Assembly (NCBI GenBank): GCA_951406725.2
Contig: OX597820.1
Location: 118,916,001-118,980,000, forward strand
Reading direction: 5' to 3'
From: Octopus vulgaris
Taxonomy: Eukaryota
DNA length: 64,000 nucleotides
A model generated the notes under the pieces. It was not told the DNA's origin and made no database searches. It was given only the letters and a program-made list of their open reading frames with translations. The position numbers and the translations under genes are program-made. Shown one piece after another: positions 38,894-52,915 of this stretch; the stretch's first letter is position 1, and each line of letters opens with the position of its first letter.

Positions 38894-40317
38894 TTGTATA
38901 TACACACACACACACATACACACACATATATAAATATCTACACGTGTACAAAGACCCCCGTCTATATAATAATAATATAACTTTTGAAATTGCAAGTTTC
39001 GGAAGATGTTTTTCCTTTGCTGGATTTCGCTGCTAATCGTTTTGCCGTTCTGCAACCGGCGTTGCTTCTTATAATGGTCTTTTAGTCAGAAAAGGTTGAC
39101 AGCTTTTCATGGGAACTCTTCCAACAATTAACTGTCTGCTGCTGCTGCTGTTAGATGTCAGATACGGATGTTTCCTATTTTATTTACTCCCACGTCTCTT
39201 TCATTCATTATTTTTTCTTTCCTTCTCTTTTCGTTTGTTTGCCTTATTTTGCGCTTTTTTTTTTTTTTTACTCTTTGGTCCGTGGTAGCTTTTTTTTTAC
39301 CTTTTCTCGTTGTTGATGGCCTCAATCATTATGACTCACTTTTGCGCACTCTCTCTCTCTTTATTAAGTTTTTATTTGTTGGTGCATTTTTATATAATAC
39401 ACTAGAGATAGAGGGGTCAGGTTGTATCGTTGTTATATTGTTGCTGCGTTGGTTTATTGTTGTGATGTTCTTGTATCTTTGACGCACAACTGTAGAATAT
39501 TTTTATTTCGAGTTTGGAATCATTTTAAAAATTTGTTTTGCAAGGTTTTGACGTAAATTCGAATTAGTTAATATTCGTTTCAAATTTTGGCACAAGGCCA
39601 AGAATTTCAGTCGTGGTCGGGTAAGTCGGTTACATGGCCTTAGTACTTAACTGGTACTTATTTTATCTCATCGACCCCGAAAGGTGGAATTTGAACTCAG
39701 AATGTAAAGACGGACAAAATCCCTCTAAGCACTTTGTCCGAGATACCAACGATTCTGCCGGCTCACCGTCTTCCTCCCTTCCTTATATTGGCTTCAAATT
39801 TTGGCACAAGGCCAGCAGTATGGTGGTGGGGTGGGGGCTAAGACGATTCCATCGGCTCCAGTGCTCAACTGGTAATTTATTGAGCCTGAAAGGATGAAAC
39901 GCAATGTCAACCCCAGGGGCTATTGTCCTTATATCAATAACAGAAGAGAAAACCAAACAGTGTGCGTGTGTGTGTGTTTATTGGCATAATGACTCTTTTG
40001 TATTATTATCATTTGAGAGTAACACGTTTTAGAAGCTTACAGTTTGCAAATCCACTCACCTTCTGGGAATTTCCATAAAATGATATTAAAATTATTAACC
40101 TTTCATTATTCTTTTCAGCTTTTTACGTCCTCCATTCAAAGGCCCGACATAACATTGAATATCTTGTCCATCCAAACACGTGTAATCTATCACTTTAATT
40201 ATATTACGCAATGTTTGAGCAATTAGATTGGAACACGTGATATTAATCATTTCGTTTCCTTTGTAAATTAAAATTCTAGACAGTGTAACTTCTAATTTTT
40301 CTAACTCCCGATACAAT

Positions 40318-40595
40318 AATCCCGTGATCACGTGATCGGCCAGACTATCGGATGTTGCAAGGCATCGCTGGTGAGAATGCATTTGCATCGTGTTAGTTTA
40401 CGAAAGATGCCACCCCGCTGGCCAGAAGGGCATGTCAACATTGCCACCCGATCAAAAGGCTAGTCCGCTGCAGGGTTATCTATTTCCATCTGAGTGTACC
40501 GGAGCAATGTAAAATAAAGTTCGGTCCGGGATTCGAACCTATGATCTGGAAATCGTGAGTGCGACTACCTAGCAACTAGACTACGTGACTTCACA
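40318..40595 (-). mobile_element. SINE family E
   Basis: Minus-strand B box GGTTCGAATCCC and tail GATCACGTGATCACG. Confidence 0.7.
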
Positions 40596-40658
40596 AGTCA
40601 ATAACACTTGTTAAAATTATGTAATTGAGTCAATGAGCAATATGTCATTACATATTTG

Positions 40659-41077
40659 GGATCTTTTCGGTTTGAATGGCAGTTTCTAACATAATTTCTA
40701 GGTAACTAAAAAAATTTAAACTTCGTATACTGGTAGAATGTGTTTATAAAGCATCTTTTTCTCTTGGCTTTATTGAGAAATTTCTATATTTTGTTTTTTT
40801 TCTTCAATTTCTGCAATTTCAACCAATCACTGACGTCTATTGAGGTAAAAAATATTCTGTGCCGTATGAATATGTCCCTCGTTTAAGAAACAGATTGGGT
40901 TTATTTACATTTGTGAAGAAAAAAAGATACCCTTCCCCCCACTCCTAACCCTAACCCTAACTAACCCTGAGCCTAAAACTGATTGAAATGCAATAGATCG
41001 ATACTAGGGTCATAATTATGGGTGAAAATTTCATATGACACTGCTAGGAAGAGCTGCCGTTCAAACCGAAAAGATCC
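40659..41077 (+). mobile_element. MITE family D, full copy with 8-bp TSD
   Basis: GGATCTTTTCGG...CCGAAAAGATCC flanked by CATATTTG at 40651 and 41078. Confidence 0.93.
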
Positions 41078-41831
41078 CATATTTGTGACCTGATAAAGAT
41101 AAAGATTTATATCTGCGATCGGTGTATCAACGGGAATGCTATGATGTTTCTTCTCATGATTTACTAACATCTGCAGAAATGAACACAAACTCGTTTGAGA
41201 CATTTTGGCGTCGCTGTTTCGGCGCTGGCTTGTTTAGACATCAGGCGTTTTAATACTTCTCTTGTTTTACTGTTTCTTTCGTTTTATCCTTCCATCTCTC
41301 TACATCTCCCCACTCTCTGCCTTCTCCCTCCCTTCCCCACTCTCTGCCTTCTCCCTCTCTTCCCCATCTCTCAGTTTATGTTTATGAACATTTTTATATT
41401 TATGTTAATGAAAAGAAGTAATATGTTTATTTCTTTCCATCTCAAACTCTCTATCTGTATGTATATATTTCTGCGCGTGCGTGCGTGTATGTTTGCCTCC
41501 AGTGCCAAAAATTACTGTTTCCAGAACCGGCTGAATGCACCTTCACCCGTGCCGAATCATCAGCATCCAAACAGCTGCGCCCAATCGTCTCACATCGATA
41601 CAAGCCAACAATTAACACGTTGTGCAACCATTTAAATGAACTTCAGTAGATCATTGTTAATTAATCTATAGATTTACAAATTCGATCAAAGCGAGGTTGC
41701 AACGCTGAAAGCAACAATATTGTAACAAGACGGGACAAAACAGTTCGTTAGACATTCTCCAATTCGTGGTAATTAACTTTCCTTCGATGATATAAATACC
41801 ATACACTGAACCGTGCCTGGCATGATATTTA

Positions 41832-42215
41832 AGGAAGCACTCCGTCGGTTACGACGACGAGGGTTCCGGTTGATCCGATCAACGGAACAGTCTGCTCGTG
41901 AAATTAACGTGTAAGTGGCTGAGCACTCCACAGACACGTGTACCCTTAACGTAGTTCTCGGGGATATTCAGCGTGACACAGAGAGTGACAAGGCCGGCCC
42001 TTTGAAATACAGGTACAACAGAAACAGGAAGTAAGAGTGAGAGAAAGTTGTGGTGAAAGAGTACAGCAGGGATCGCCACCATCCCTACTGGAGCCTCGTG
42101 GAGCTTTTAGGTGTTTTCGCTCAATAAACACTCACAACGCCCGGTCTGGGAATCGAAACCGCGATCCCACGACCGCGAGTCCGCTGCCTTAACCACTGGG
42201 CCATTACGCCTCCAC
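41832..42215 (-). mobile_element. SINE family C, full length
   Basis: 13-bp TSD GGCATGATATTTA at 41819 and 42216. Confidence 0.93.
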
Positions 42216-42341
42216 GGCATGATATTTACTTCAACGACAAATATATCTTTAAAGTGTAAAATCGCCATTATCTTTTAATGCTCTAAAAAGATTGGCATTG
42301 CCCACGTGCAGGTGTAAAAAAAAAAATAGTAACACATACAT

Positions 42342-42750
42342 AGGCGGAGGAGTGGCTGTGTGGTAAGTAGCTTGCTTACTATCAACGTGCTTTCGGGTTC
42401 AGTCCCACTGCGTGGAACCTTGGGCAAGTGTCTTCTACTATAGCCTCGGGCCGTCCAAAGCCTTGTAAGTGGATTTGGTAGACGGAAACTGAAAGAAGCC
42501 CGTCGTATATATGTATATATATGTGTGTGTGTTTGTGTGTCTGTGTTTGTCCCCCCAACATCGCTTGACAACCGATGTTGGTGTGTTTACGTCCTCGTAA
42601 TTTAGCGGTTCGGCAAAAGAGACCGATAGAATAAGTACTAGGCTTACAAAGAATAAGTCCTGGGGGTCGATCTGATTCGACTAAAGGCGGCGCTCCAGCA
42701 TGGCCACAGTCACATGACTGAAACAAGTAAAAGAGTAAAAGAGTAAAGAG
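42342..42750 (+). mobile_element. SINE family B, full length
   Basis: tRNA-like head, CORE-like CCTTGGGCAAGTG, internal TA/TG microsatellite, (GTAAAAGA)n tail. Confidence 0.92.
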
Positions 42751-43124
42751 TATACATCATCCATGAGCATACATAAATATAAGTTTTCTGGTGTTTTCCG
42801 GTTATCGTAAATTTCGACGTAAAAAAATAGTTCGGAAACGCTTTGAGAGAAGAAAATCTCAGCTGTCGCTGTGGCTTCATTGTTGCAATTTATGGAAGTT
42901 GTTTGTATGTGTGTCATGGTTTTGCACCTCACTTAATGACCGGTCACCGGGGCAAGAATGATTGGAGCTTGAATAATTCAGGACTCGAACCATTAAAGGA
43001 AATCAATGAGATTTGGAAAAGTTTCAACTGCGAATACTTTTTACTTTGACAGAAAGTGTTCGTATATGTCGAATTTATGTCCTTTATTTTATATATTTAT
43101 GAGAGAAAAATGTATTTTATAGGG

Positions 43125-43277
43125 GTGGGGGTGGGGTAAGAAGATGGCTTCCCAATCACATGGTCCCGGGGTCAGTCCCACAGTGAAGAACCTTGCGCGA
43201 GTGTCTTTTACTATATCTTTGAGCCGACCAAAGCTTTGCAAATGGATTTGGCAGACGGAAACTGAAAGAAGCCCTCG

Positions 43278-43336
<59 letters not shown>

Positions 43337-43535
43337 ATTTGTGTTTGTCCCTCACCATCACTTGACAACCGGTGTTGGTGTGTTTACATCCCGTACTTAG
43401 CGGTTCAGCAAAAGACACCGTTAGAATAAGTACCAGGCTTTGAAATATAAGCATTGGGGTTCAGTTCGCTCGGGTATAATTCTTGAAGGCGTTACCCTAG
43501 TATAGCCGCTGTCTAATCATTGGAATGATTTTAAA
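43125..43535 (+). mobile_element. SINE family B, diverged
   Basis: Colinear homology with 42342-42750. Confidence 0.85.
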
Positions 43536-43762
43536 GATAATGTTTTCACATGTGTGTTTACTTTAATCAATATAAGAACAGTTTATATAAGCGTGTGTGC
43601 GTGTGAGGGTTTAATGTTCCCTACAAGAAAACACCCCCCCCCCCACGCCTTCCATTTTAGTAATGGTTCCGTTTTTGAATGTTTCTCTAAAATGCTCGGA
43701 GGAAATTAGTTTGCTAGCACAAAGCTCAATTTCCCTCAATTTCCGAGGAAAATAAAATTAGG

Positions 43763-44040
43763 AATGTTCTCTATATCCTGGCCAAAGTGCATCATTGGTT
43801 CGATACCAGCCTAGGGTTCCTACGCAGCTGCCTTCATAATCCGCCTTTCTTCGACATGTTCTTGGAGTAGTTAATGAATGACACCCAGGAAGATCTTGTG
43901 ACCATAGTCAGCATCAGAGAGAGGAGTATCACAGATTCTAGATTTGCTAATGACAGTGACGAACTGGGGAGGGCATGAAGAGCAGTTGATTGAATTAACG
44001 AAGCACCTTCACAGCAATTCCGCCAATGATGAAAATAGAA
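43763..44040 (+). mobile_element. Old RTE-type reverse transcriptase fragment
   Basis: HWFDTSLGFLRSCLHNPPFFDMFLE*LMNDTQED...VSIRERSITDSRFANDSDELG is a decayed WF....GVRQGC.LSP.LFN.FLE..M / I.G..I..LRFADD motif. Confidence 0.75.
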
Positions 44041-44105
44041 CGGGCCCTGTATATAACAGAGATCTTAGTTCTTCCAGTTCTATATTTAAGAGAAGCGGAA
44101 TTATA

Positions 44106-44532
44106 TACATTATTTACATTATTTACATTTGAGGGATATTTGTCCTCATCTTGTTTGATGTTAACACAACGTTTCGGCTGATATACCCTCCAGCCTTCAT
44201 CAGGTGTTTGTACTCTCTGTGTTTAGCCCCTTGTGAGTAGTAAAGAAATAGGTATTTCGTCTGTCGTTACGTTCTGAGTTCAAATTCCGCCGAGGTCAAC
44301 TTTGCCTTTCATCCTTTCGGGGTCGATAAATTAAGTACCAGTTACGCGCTGGGGTCGATGTAATCGACTTAATCCATTTGTCTGTCCTTGTTTGTCCTCT
44401 CTGTGTTTTTACTACCTTGTGGGTAGTAACAAAAATAGGTGTCTTGATGAAGACTGGAGGGTATATCAGCCAAAACGTTGTGTTAGAACCAAACAAAATG
44501 AGGACAAATATCCGTCAAATGTAAATAATGTA
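44106..44532. mobile_element. Inverted pair of hammerhead-SINE 3' ends (intact motif 44163-44208, minus strand) with a SINE A (44214-44440) at the centre
   Basis: Minus: AACAC-CTGATGA-A-GGCTG-GAGGGTATAT-CAGCC-GAAA-CG-TT-GTGTT. Right arm 44444-44532 is a mutated plus copy. Both end in (AATGTAAAT)n. Confidence 0.85.
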
Positions 44533-45437
44533 TCTTAGTCCTTGTCCTCGAAGGAGAAATCTTGAAATTCCCCTTGCTGAGATTTTGAACTCAGAATGTA
44601 ATTATTACCTTAAAGATATTTTTTCTGATGATGTAACGATTCTGCCATTTCAGCGACTCGGGGTAGCGTGTTCACACAGGTACTTCATCTCATATCTCAG
44701 TAGTTTAGTTGAAGCCATAGTGTTAATAGAGATGGTGATAGTTGAAAAAATAATATCCACGTTGCAGTATACCACAATTGTCTCATATTATTATACCGTA
44801 GAAACCTTTCATTGTCACCGTTGCATTGACCAGATCCATCATTTTAACCATTTATATGTTTTTTTTTGTGTGTGTTTTGTTTTTGTGTTCTAGGATAAAT
44901 GATGGAGATGAGGTTATTTTATTCTTCCGACTTTAAAAGCTATGGTGTGTATTTAAGAAGGCGTATAGAAAGATGCTTTGAGTATTCTAGGCTGCTATTT
45001 CATGATTTGGTCACGAGAGATGTAGTAGAATCGCTTTAACTTAACGAGGTATGTGCATGCTACAAAGTGACCCACGATGTGTAATTTTCTTCACCACAAT
45101 TCCTACGTAGGGTTGTTAAGATTGATGAGGTGGGTTTATAAAAGTATAGCAACTGTCAAATTGAACGGGGAAGAGAGGTACAGGGAAAGAAAGAAAGAAA
45201 GAAAGAAAGAAAGAGAGATAATAGGGAGCGAGAGGTGAAGGAAAGAAAATAAGGAAAAATAGGTTTAAAGCTGCGGAAAGTGAGAAACGATAGAGTTACA
45301 GGTACATATAGACAGACACATATACATGCACACACCCACACGCAGGCCTGCGCGCACGGGCATACACGCACGGGCATACACACACGTATATGTGTGTGTG
45401 TGTGGTATGTATGTGTATATGTATGTATGTATGTATG

Positions 45438-45548
<111 letters not shown>

Positions 45549-45549
45549 G

Positions 45550-45580
<31 letters not shown>

Positions 45581-46488
45581 GTATATATATACGTATATAC
45601 ATACATATATATATACTCACAGATATATGTGAATGCGTGTGTGTGTGTGTATATATGTATATATATATACACACACATATATGATTGTGTGTGTGAAAAG
45701 TGGCCGTAGATAGAATTTCGAAAACGTAAGATTGATGACGTGACTGTAAACAAATATATAGAAAATGTAAAACAGGTTGAATGAAAAATAAGGTGAAAAG
45801 AGACAGAAACAGACGTAAAGAGAAATATGGAGAGCGGTGGAAGGGTGCATATAAATAGAAGTGGAAATAATATATACGTATAGGGGTAGATAAATGTGTA
45901 TTGGTAGATATATAGATAGATATCTTGCGGTATAATGAGAAAGAGGTAAAGACGAGCAGACAGAGAAGGGGAGATAAATATGAACATTAGGAAAATTGAG
46001 AAATTAACAGAAAGCGAAAAATGAATAGAATTGGATTAGAAGATATTTGTATGATGTTTATAATTTTTCCTTTATGCATTGATGTCTCCCACTTGTTTTT
46101 CTGTCTCTGTATTTACCTCTGCTTGTCTACCTGCTTTCATGATGTCTATCTTTTCGCCGAAGGGAGAGAAGTGGGGTGAGAGAGAGAGAGAAGGGGAGAG
46201 CCAACGAGAGGAGAAGGTAGAAAATATACGAAATGGTGTTAGCATAAAATGATAAAACGGATATAAAGTGAAACACACTTCAAACTGTATGGCGTGGATG
46301 AATGTGCATACAATAGAATGGTTGGCAGCATTTCGTATGGCGTCAGGTTCTGAGTTCAAATTCCACTGAGGTCGACTTCACCTTTCATACTTTCAGGGGC
46401 GATAAAATAAGTACCAATTGAACACTGTCCGATGTAATGGACTTATCATTTGAAACCATTATTATCATTATTATTATTATTGTTATGA

Positions 46489-46519
<31 letters not shown>

Positions 46520-46566
46520 TATCATTATTATCATTATCATTATCAGCATTATTGCTATTATTATTA

Positions 46567-46601
<35 letters not shown>

Positions 46602-46622
46602 GTTATTATTATTATTGTTATG

Positions 46623-46671
<49 letters not shown>

Positions 46672-46674
<3 letters not shown>

Positions 46675-47291
46675 GTTTGACTTTGGCTTTACATTTTCAC
46701 AAGCTGGCTCCAAGTCTCACCCAGAGACCTCAAGAGACAACAAGTTGGAAGTTCATATTGGTGTTATGCCTAGGGTGCCATATATTTGGTTTTGTACTTA
46801 GTGTTGTACTAGTGAATGTCTAAAAGACCATACGAAAATTATGTTTGTTTTAAAACTTGAGATTACAAAGAAAGTATTTTGCGTAGGATATGACCAGTTC
46901 CCATGAGCACTATCTTTTGAATTTCTGCCATTTTGGGGTTTCCTGGTATCTGAATTAGGTAGCCATCTGCCCCTTTTGCTATCATTCCCAGGGTACCTAT
47001 GACAAAAGGTATTGCTTTAGTCTTCAGGTTCCACATTTTGCTGATTTCTATTTCAAGATCTTTATATTTGCTCAGTTTCTGGTAGGTCTTGACAGATACG
47101 TTTATATCGATTGGGGCAGTCATATCAATGAAGAGGCATATTTTTTGTCTGAAGTCTTTCAATATGATGTCTGGCCTATTCGCGTCTATCTTTCTGTCAG
47201 TTTGGATGGTGAAGTTCCAGAGGAGTGAGATGTGGTCATTTTCAAGGACTGGAGGTGGTTTGTGTTCCCACCAGTTTTTGTCATGGGGCAA
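46672..47291 (-). mobile_element. R4/Dong LINE 3' fragment inside a (TAA)n array
   Basis: Open frame WWEHKP..VLEND...LLWNFTIQTDRKIDANRPDII...IDM..P.D.N......KLSKYKDL..EI..MW...PFVIGTLG...ILRKIL*; (ATT)n arrays at 46458-46670 and 47292-47550. Confidence 0.93.
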
Positions 47292-47371
47292 TATTATTAT
47301 TATTATTATTATTATTATTATCATCATCATCATCATCATCATCATCATTATTATTATCATTATTATTGTCG

Positions 47372-47424
<53 letters not shown>

Positions 47425-47898
47425 TCTGCTTTTATTATCATTGTTTTTATTACTATTGTTGTTGCTGTTGTTGATGTTGCTATTATTATTATTATCGTTA
47501 TCTTCATCATCATCATCATCATAATCATCATCATCATTGTCATCATTATTATGATTCATGTATATTATTAAGAATATCAATCAATAGATACATGAATAAT
47601 TTATTGAATTTCAACAAATCTAAGATTTCTCTCTGTTTTTCATAAATTCCTAACTGTATTAACACACTATTTACGGTAGAGTGTGGAGGTCACGTGCCTC
47701 TCTCCAAAGTAATAAACCGTGTCAAGAGACAAACATTATCTTTTTTACCAATCTCTCATTCACTTCCTTATTTTAATTTGATTCAGTTCTCGCTGAGTTT
47801 GTCTGCTCTCCACGCTGTTAAAGGGTTTCAGTCTGTTTCTTTACAAAAACCGGAACAAAAACCCACACTTCTACATAATTACATATCTAGATATCAGA

Positions 47899-47947
<49 letters not shown>

Positions 47948-47996
47948 TATATATATATACATATATATATATAACACATATATATATATATGTATA

Positions 47997-48085
<89 letters not shown>

Positions 48086-48599
48086 GTTATACATAAACAC
48101 ACAACACAAACACACGCATGAGCACACATACACACACGTACAAAACACACACACATGCATATATATGTATGAATACATATATACATGATGGTATATATAT
48201 ATACATATTTACATATGAGAGGGATGTATATACATACATACATACATATATATATATATGTATGTATGTACGTATGTATATACATATATAGACATATATA
48301 TATATATATATACGCACATAAATATATATATATAGATATACGCATATATATACATACACACATATACACACACCACACATGTACACACACCTATATGTGC
48401 ATGTATGAGTCATCGTATTTCTTAGTATTTACATCAGTGAGAACTGCCATTGAGTGACAAGGCTCCATGAATCCTAAACGGCTAACATACGTATTCCTAG
48501 CTGCCTCTGCCCCTCCCCAAGTACAAACATTCTGAATGTTTTTGCATTTGAAATCTATGCAAGACTCTGTAAAGATGTATACGAGTAAACAAATACGTA

Positions 48600-48916
48600 C
48601 CTACACACATGCAGACATGTATACATGGGTAAACACACACACAGATACAAATATATATATATGTATGTATATATGTGTGTATGTATATATACAGACATGT
48701 AAACATGGATAAACACACACACAGATACAAATATATATATATGTGTGTATATATATGTATGTATATGTGAGTGTGTGTATATATATATATATATACACAC
48801 ATATGTATTGATATAAGTGTGTATATATATATACGCATATAAATATGTATACACACACACATAATATATATATACAGACATATATACATGGATAAACACA
48901 CACACAGATACAAATA

Positions 48917-48960
<44 letters not shown>

Positions 48961-49066
48961 CATATTTATATATATGTATATGTGTGTATGTATATATACA
49001 CACATATGTATTTATATAATTGTGTATATATATATATATATACGCATATAAATATGTATACACACA

Positions 49067-49070
<4 letters not shown>
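48600..49070. repeat. Complex microsatellite-derived minisatellite
   Basis: CAGACAT....ACATGG.TAAACACACACACAGATACAAATAT occurs three times, and a second block twice. Confidence 0.8.
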
Positions 49071-49120
<50 letters not shown>

Positions 49121-49527
49121 TACATGTCGACAATGATGTAGTGTGTTCGTATATGTGATCTCTCTAATTATGTTTACTACGAGCGATGCTATATTTAGTA
49201 GTTATTTAATGTGTTTATTACCTGCCACCTCTCTCGCCTTTCGTCTTCCACCTCTCTTACAACCGATGAAATTATGGCAGAGATGTGAAGAGACGATGAA
49301 TAACACATATGAATCATAGAATCATAAAATTAAAGTCTACCTGATAGAATGTGTTGCTATGTCTCGATGCAAGACAATTTGCATTCATATTAGAAAATGC
49401 CATTCCATTTAGTCTGGACATTTTTGAAATTGAAAGAAGTGAGAAAAAAAAAATCAAAGATCAATACATGTACGTATATATATATATATATGCATGTATA
49501 TATATGTGTATAAATATGTACATATAA

Positions 49528-49593
<66 letters not shown>

Positions 49594-49594
49594 G

Positions 49595-49734
<140 letters not shown>

Positions 49735-49924
49735 CATACTTTCGTAACATCGGAGCGTGTCATTTTTGCAAATGATTGAAGAACGGGTGAAAGTGAAATT
49801 TGTTTGGATTGAAAAATATAAAAAAAAGAAATTGTATATATGAATAATACATAAAGTTGTAGAAAAAAAATTGTTTGCTTTCTGATGGGAAAAAATAACT
49901 ATACACACACACAATCACACACAG

Positions 49925-49972
<48 letters not shown>

Positions 49973-50268
49973 GTGTGTATATACTTATACATACACACAC
50001 ATACACGCACACAGAGAGAGATATGTATATGTTTGTATATATGTATGCACGCAAAGAGCCTGAAAGATAAATAAAAAGCGAGACGAAAGAGAAACGAGGT
50101 ATGAGTAAGGTAATGAAAACAATATAATAATATTTTGGTGTTATTACTTTTCAACGCTGTTGTAATATCGTATTCTATGTTACAGCAAGACAGAATTCTA
50201 GCCACCATAATGAAGGTAAATAGAATATTTTTTTTATAAAACTATTTAACTTGTGGACAGAAAACATA

Positions 50269-50303
<35 letters not shown>

Positions 50304-50357
50304 GCACACAAGATACATGCACAGACACACACAAGCACATACACAAATACATATGCA

Positions 50358-50391
<34 letters not shown>

Positions 50392-50821
50392 CATATCAAC
50401 AAATGGTAGCGGACAGAACATACACACATACAGATGTGTTCGTATAATTTACATATATGTTTGTGTATATTAGTGTCTGTTTATATTTTGAATATGATGT
50501 ATATATACACGATATAAAGACAAGAAACGAAAGAGATAGATAGAGAGAGAGAGAGTGAGAGAAAGGGTGGGGGAGAATTCTTATTGGAATTGAAGATTTT
50601 CACAAACTATTACTAACAGATTCAGGTAACCAAGTGCCGCATTGGCCATTTCTGCTTTTGTTTAGTTCTGACGGGTCATTTATAACATTTTGTGTTTCTG
50701 CTAATATCTTCAAAACAGTTGATTGTTCATCTTAGTGAAACAACAACATATATTTAGTATTCAGCACTATGGCGGCAAACAGCAAAATTAACCCTGCTTT
50801 CAATGCTTACTTGCTTAAGGC

Positions 50822-51200
50822 AGTCCATCTTGAGAAATGGCATCATCTTTGATCCTTAGGGGTTGTCTTGATGGCTTTGGCAAGCCCTCTCGTGGCTGAA
50901 AAGACCGATTCTGGAGGCACGCGTCAGATTACACTGAGAACAGCGAAGAGGGCTCCGACGAAGATGAGCTCGTCTAGGACACCACTTTTCTTCGCGAAGT
51001 CTTGTCCGTTCATCCTCAAAATGTTGCATACCAGTTTTGACTATACACCTCCAGATAGTACGATCTGTGGCCAATATTTCAATTCACCGGGGGTTGAGGT
51101 TGCAGATCTTCAGGGATTTCTTGAGATGATCTTTATATCGCTTCTTTGGACTTCCGTGCGGTCGGTTACCGTCTGCTAACTCCCCAAACGGCCGGAATAT
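50822..51200 (-). mobile_element. RTE LINE C-terminal fragment with terminal zinc finger
   Basis: GELADGNRPHGSPKKRYKDHLKKSLK..ATDRTIWR..VKTG...FE..R...CSQCNLTRASRIGLFSHERAC. Confidence 0.9.
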
Positions 51201-51534
51201 ATCCACGGAGCTGTTTGCCTCTCTATACCCTTAATAATCTCATGGGCTCATGCCATGAGAAGATTTGATCCTCTATAAGAAACTTTCTGTACATACCATG
51301 AAGGAGATCTTGATGTCCTTTCTCCGTAATCCATATCTGGGTGCCATAGAAAATGAAAACACTCAACGCAAGCGCAGTCGATGTCGAGTCTTGTTTATTA
51401 CTAAATATTTGGAAGTTTGTTGCAGGAACTTCACGGCATTATGGAGGATTTTAATGCATGGACTACCATATACTGTCCAGCTTCCAAACATACCACCTTA
51501 AATTCAAGAGAGAAAAAATTGTACCAGGCTCGTA

Positions 51535-51790
51535 TTTTCAGGTCCTCAAATGTTTATCTGTTTACCTAAGGAAATCAGAACTATAAAAGGGGTCGCTAAT
51601 GAAACAATCAAGAAAAGATATTGGATAAACTCTTAACGAAGATACCGGACCAGCGAACCATTCATGGATACACTCAGAGATGATCAGCCGCTACAAACTC
51701 GATCACGGAGAAATTTCCAGCCATAAAGGGGCAACAAAACAGGACAGGTAGAAAATAAAGGCCATAGTCCAGCAGGACGGTAGTCGTATG
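51535..51790 (+). mobile_element. Old CR1-group LINE 3' end
   Basis: GPQMFICLPKEIRTIKGVANETIKK / LDKLLTKIPDQ.TIHGY...SAATNSI; same pattern as 16773-17110. Confidence 0.65.
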
Positions 51791-52511
51791 CCTTTAAGAA
51801 TTGCTTCATGCAAATTGTCTCTTTGCACAAAGTTTCATGCATTTTCATGCATGCGTGGATGACTTGGCGTTCACCTCTGGGACTGGAGATTCTGATCTCA
51901 TCATTTTTCTTCTAAGTGTAAGGACCTGTGATAATAGAGATCTGACTCGGTGGAAGCGATTTCAGTCCCGTTAATTAGATGGGATCAGTATAAGGGAAAA
52001 GTGTATCACGGAGCAGAGTTATAGTTTGGAGGTTTGAGGTAAGCGTGTAATTGATTTGTATTTCCGGGACGAATGACCATCAACTTTCTTCGTAGGTAGA
52101 ATAATTGAAGAATAGGTGAAACCTGTCAGTTTGTTTCCTCTATAAATCTTCTTATAGAAACTCACTAGTTGTATGTGGAAAAGAGTATTATTCTACATGA
52201 TGAGTGTAGTGTTAGGGGGATTTAATGACTTGCTGCTGTTTCTTCAGAAAGTTAGGGATTTTCCACCTGGATTATTGTCAGGAATTTTCAAACTAGATTA
52301 TTGTTAAAGAAGGGATTATCGTCAAGATTTACTGTTGCCTAGCTCTTTTTCCTTTACAAAGAAGCAAATTGAAGTGCTGTATCTAGGTATGGAGACGCTG
52401 GTCAGTAGTTTGCCCCCAAATCAGATCACTGGCCAGTTTGCTCGGCGTTAAATTTCCTTAGAGATTTCTAGACAGCCTCAGGATTATATCCATTGAGGAT
52501 GCTGTCGCATT

Positions 52512-52915
52512 CTCTTACTCTTTTACTCTTTTACTTGTTTCAGTCATTTGACTGCGGCCATGCTGGAGCACCGCCTTTAGTCGAGCAAATCGACGCCAGG
52601 ACTTATTCTTTGTAAGCCTAGTACTTATTCTATCGGGCTCTTTTCCCGAACCGCTAAGTTACGGGGACATGAACACACCAGCATCGGTTGTCAAGCGATG
52701 CTGGGAGGACAAACACAGACATACAAACACACACACACATATATATATACATATATACGACGGGCTTCTTTCAGTTTCCGTCTACCAAATCCACTCACAA
52801 GGCTTTGGTCAGCCCGAGGCTATAGTAGAAGACACTTGCACAAGGTGCCACGCAGTGGGACTGAACCCGGAACCATGCGGTTGGTAAGCAAGCTACTTTC
52901 CACACAGCCACTCCT
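52512..52915 (-). mobile_element. SINE family B, full length
   Basis: Reverse complement of 42342-42750. Confidence 0.92.

Noticed and set aside
39006-39482. Signal-peptide-like [16 protein letters not shown] and a hydrophobic 104-aa ORF
   Set aside because: The first stops after 22 codons; the second is explained by T-rich composition.
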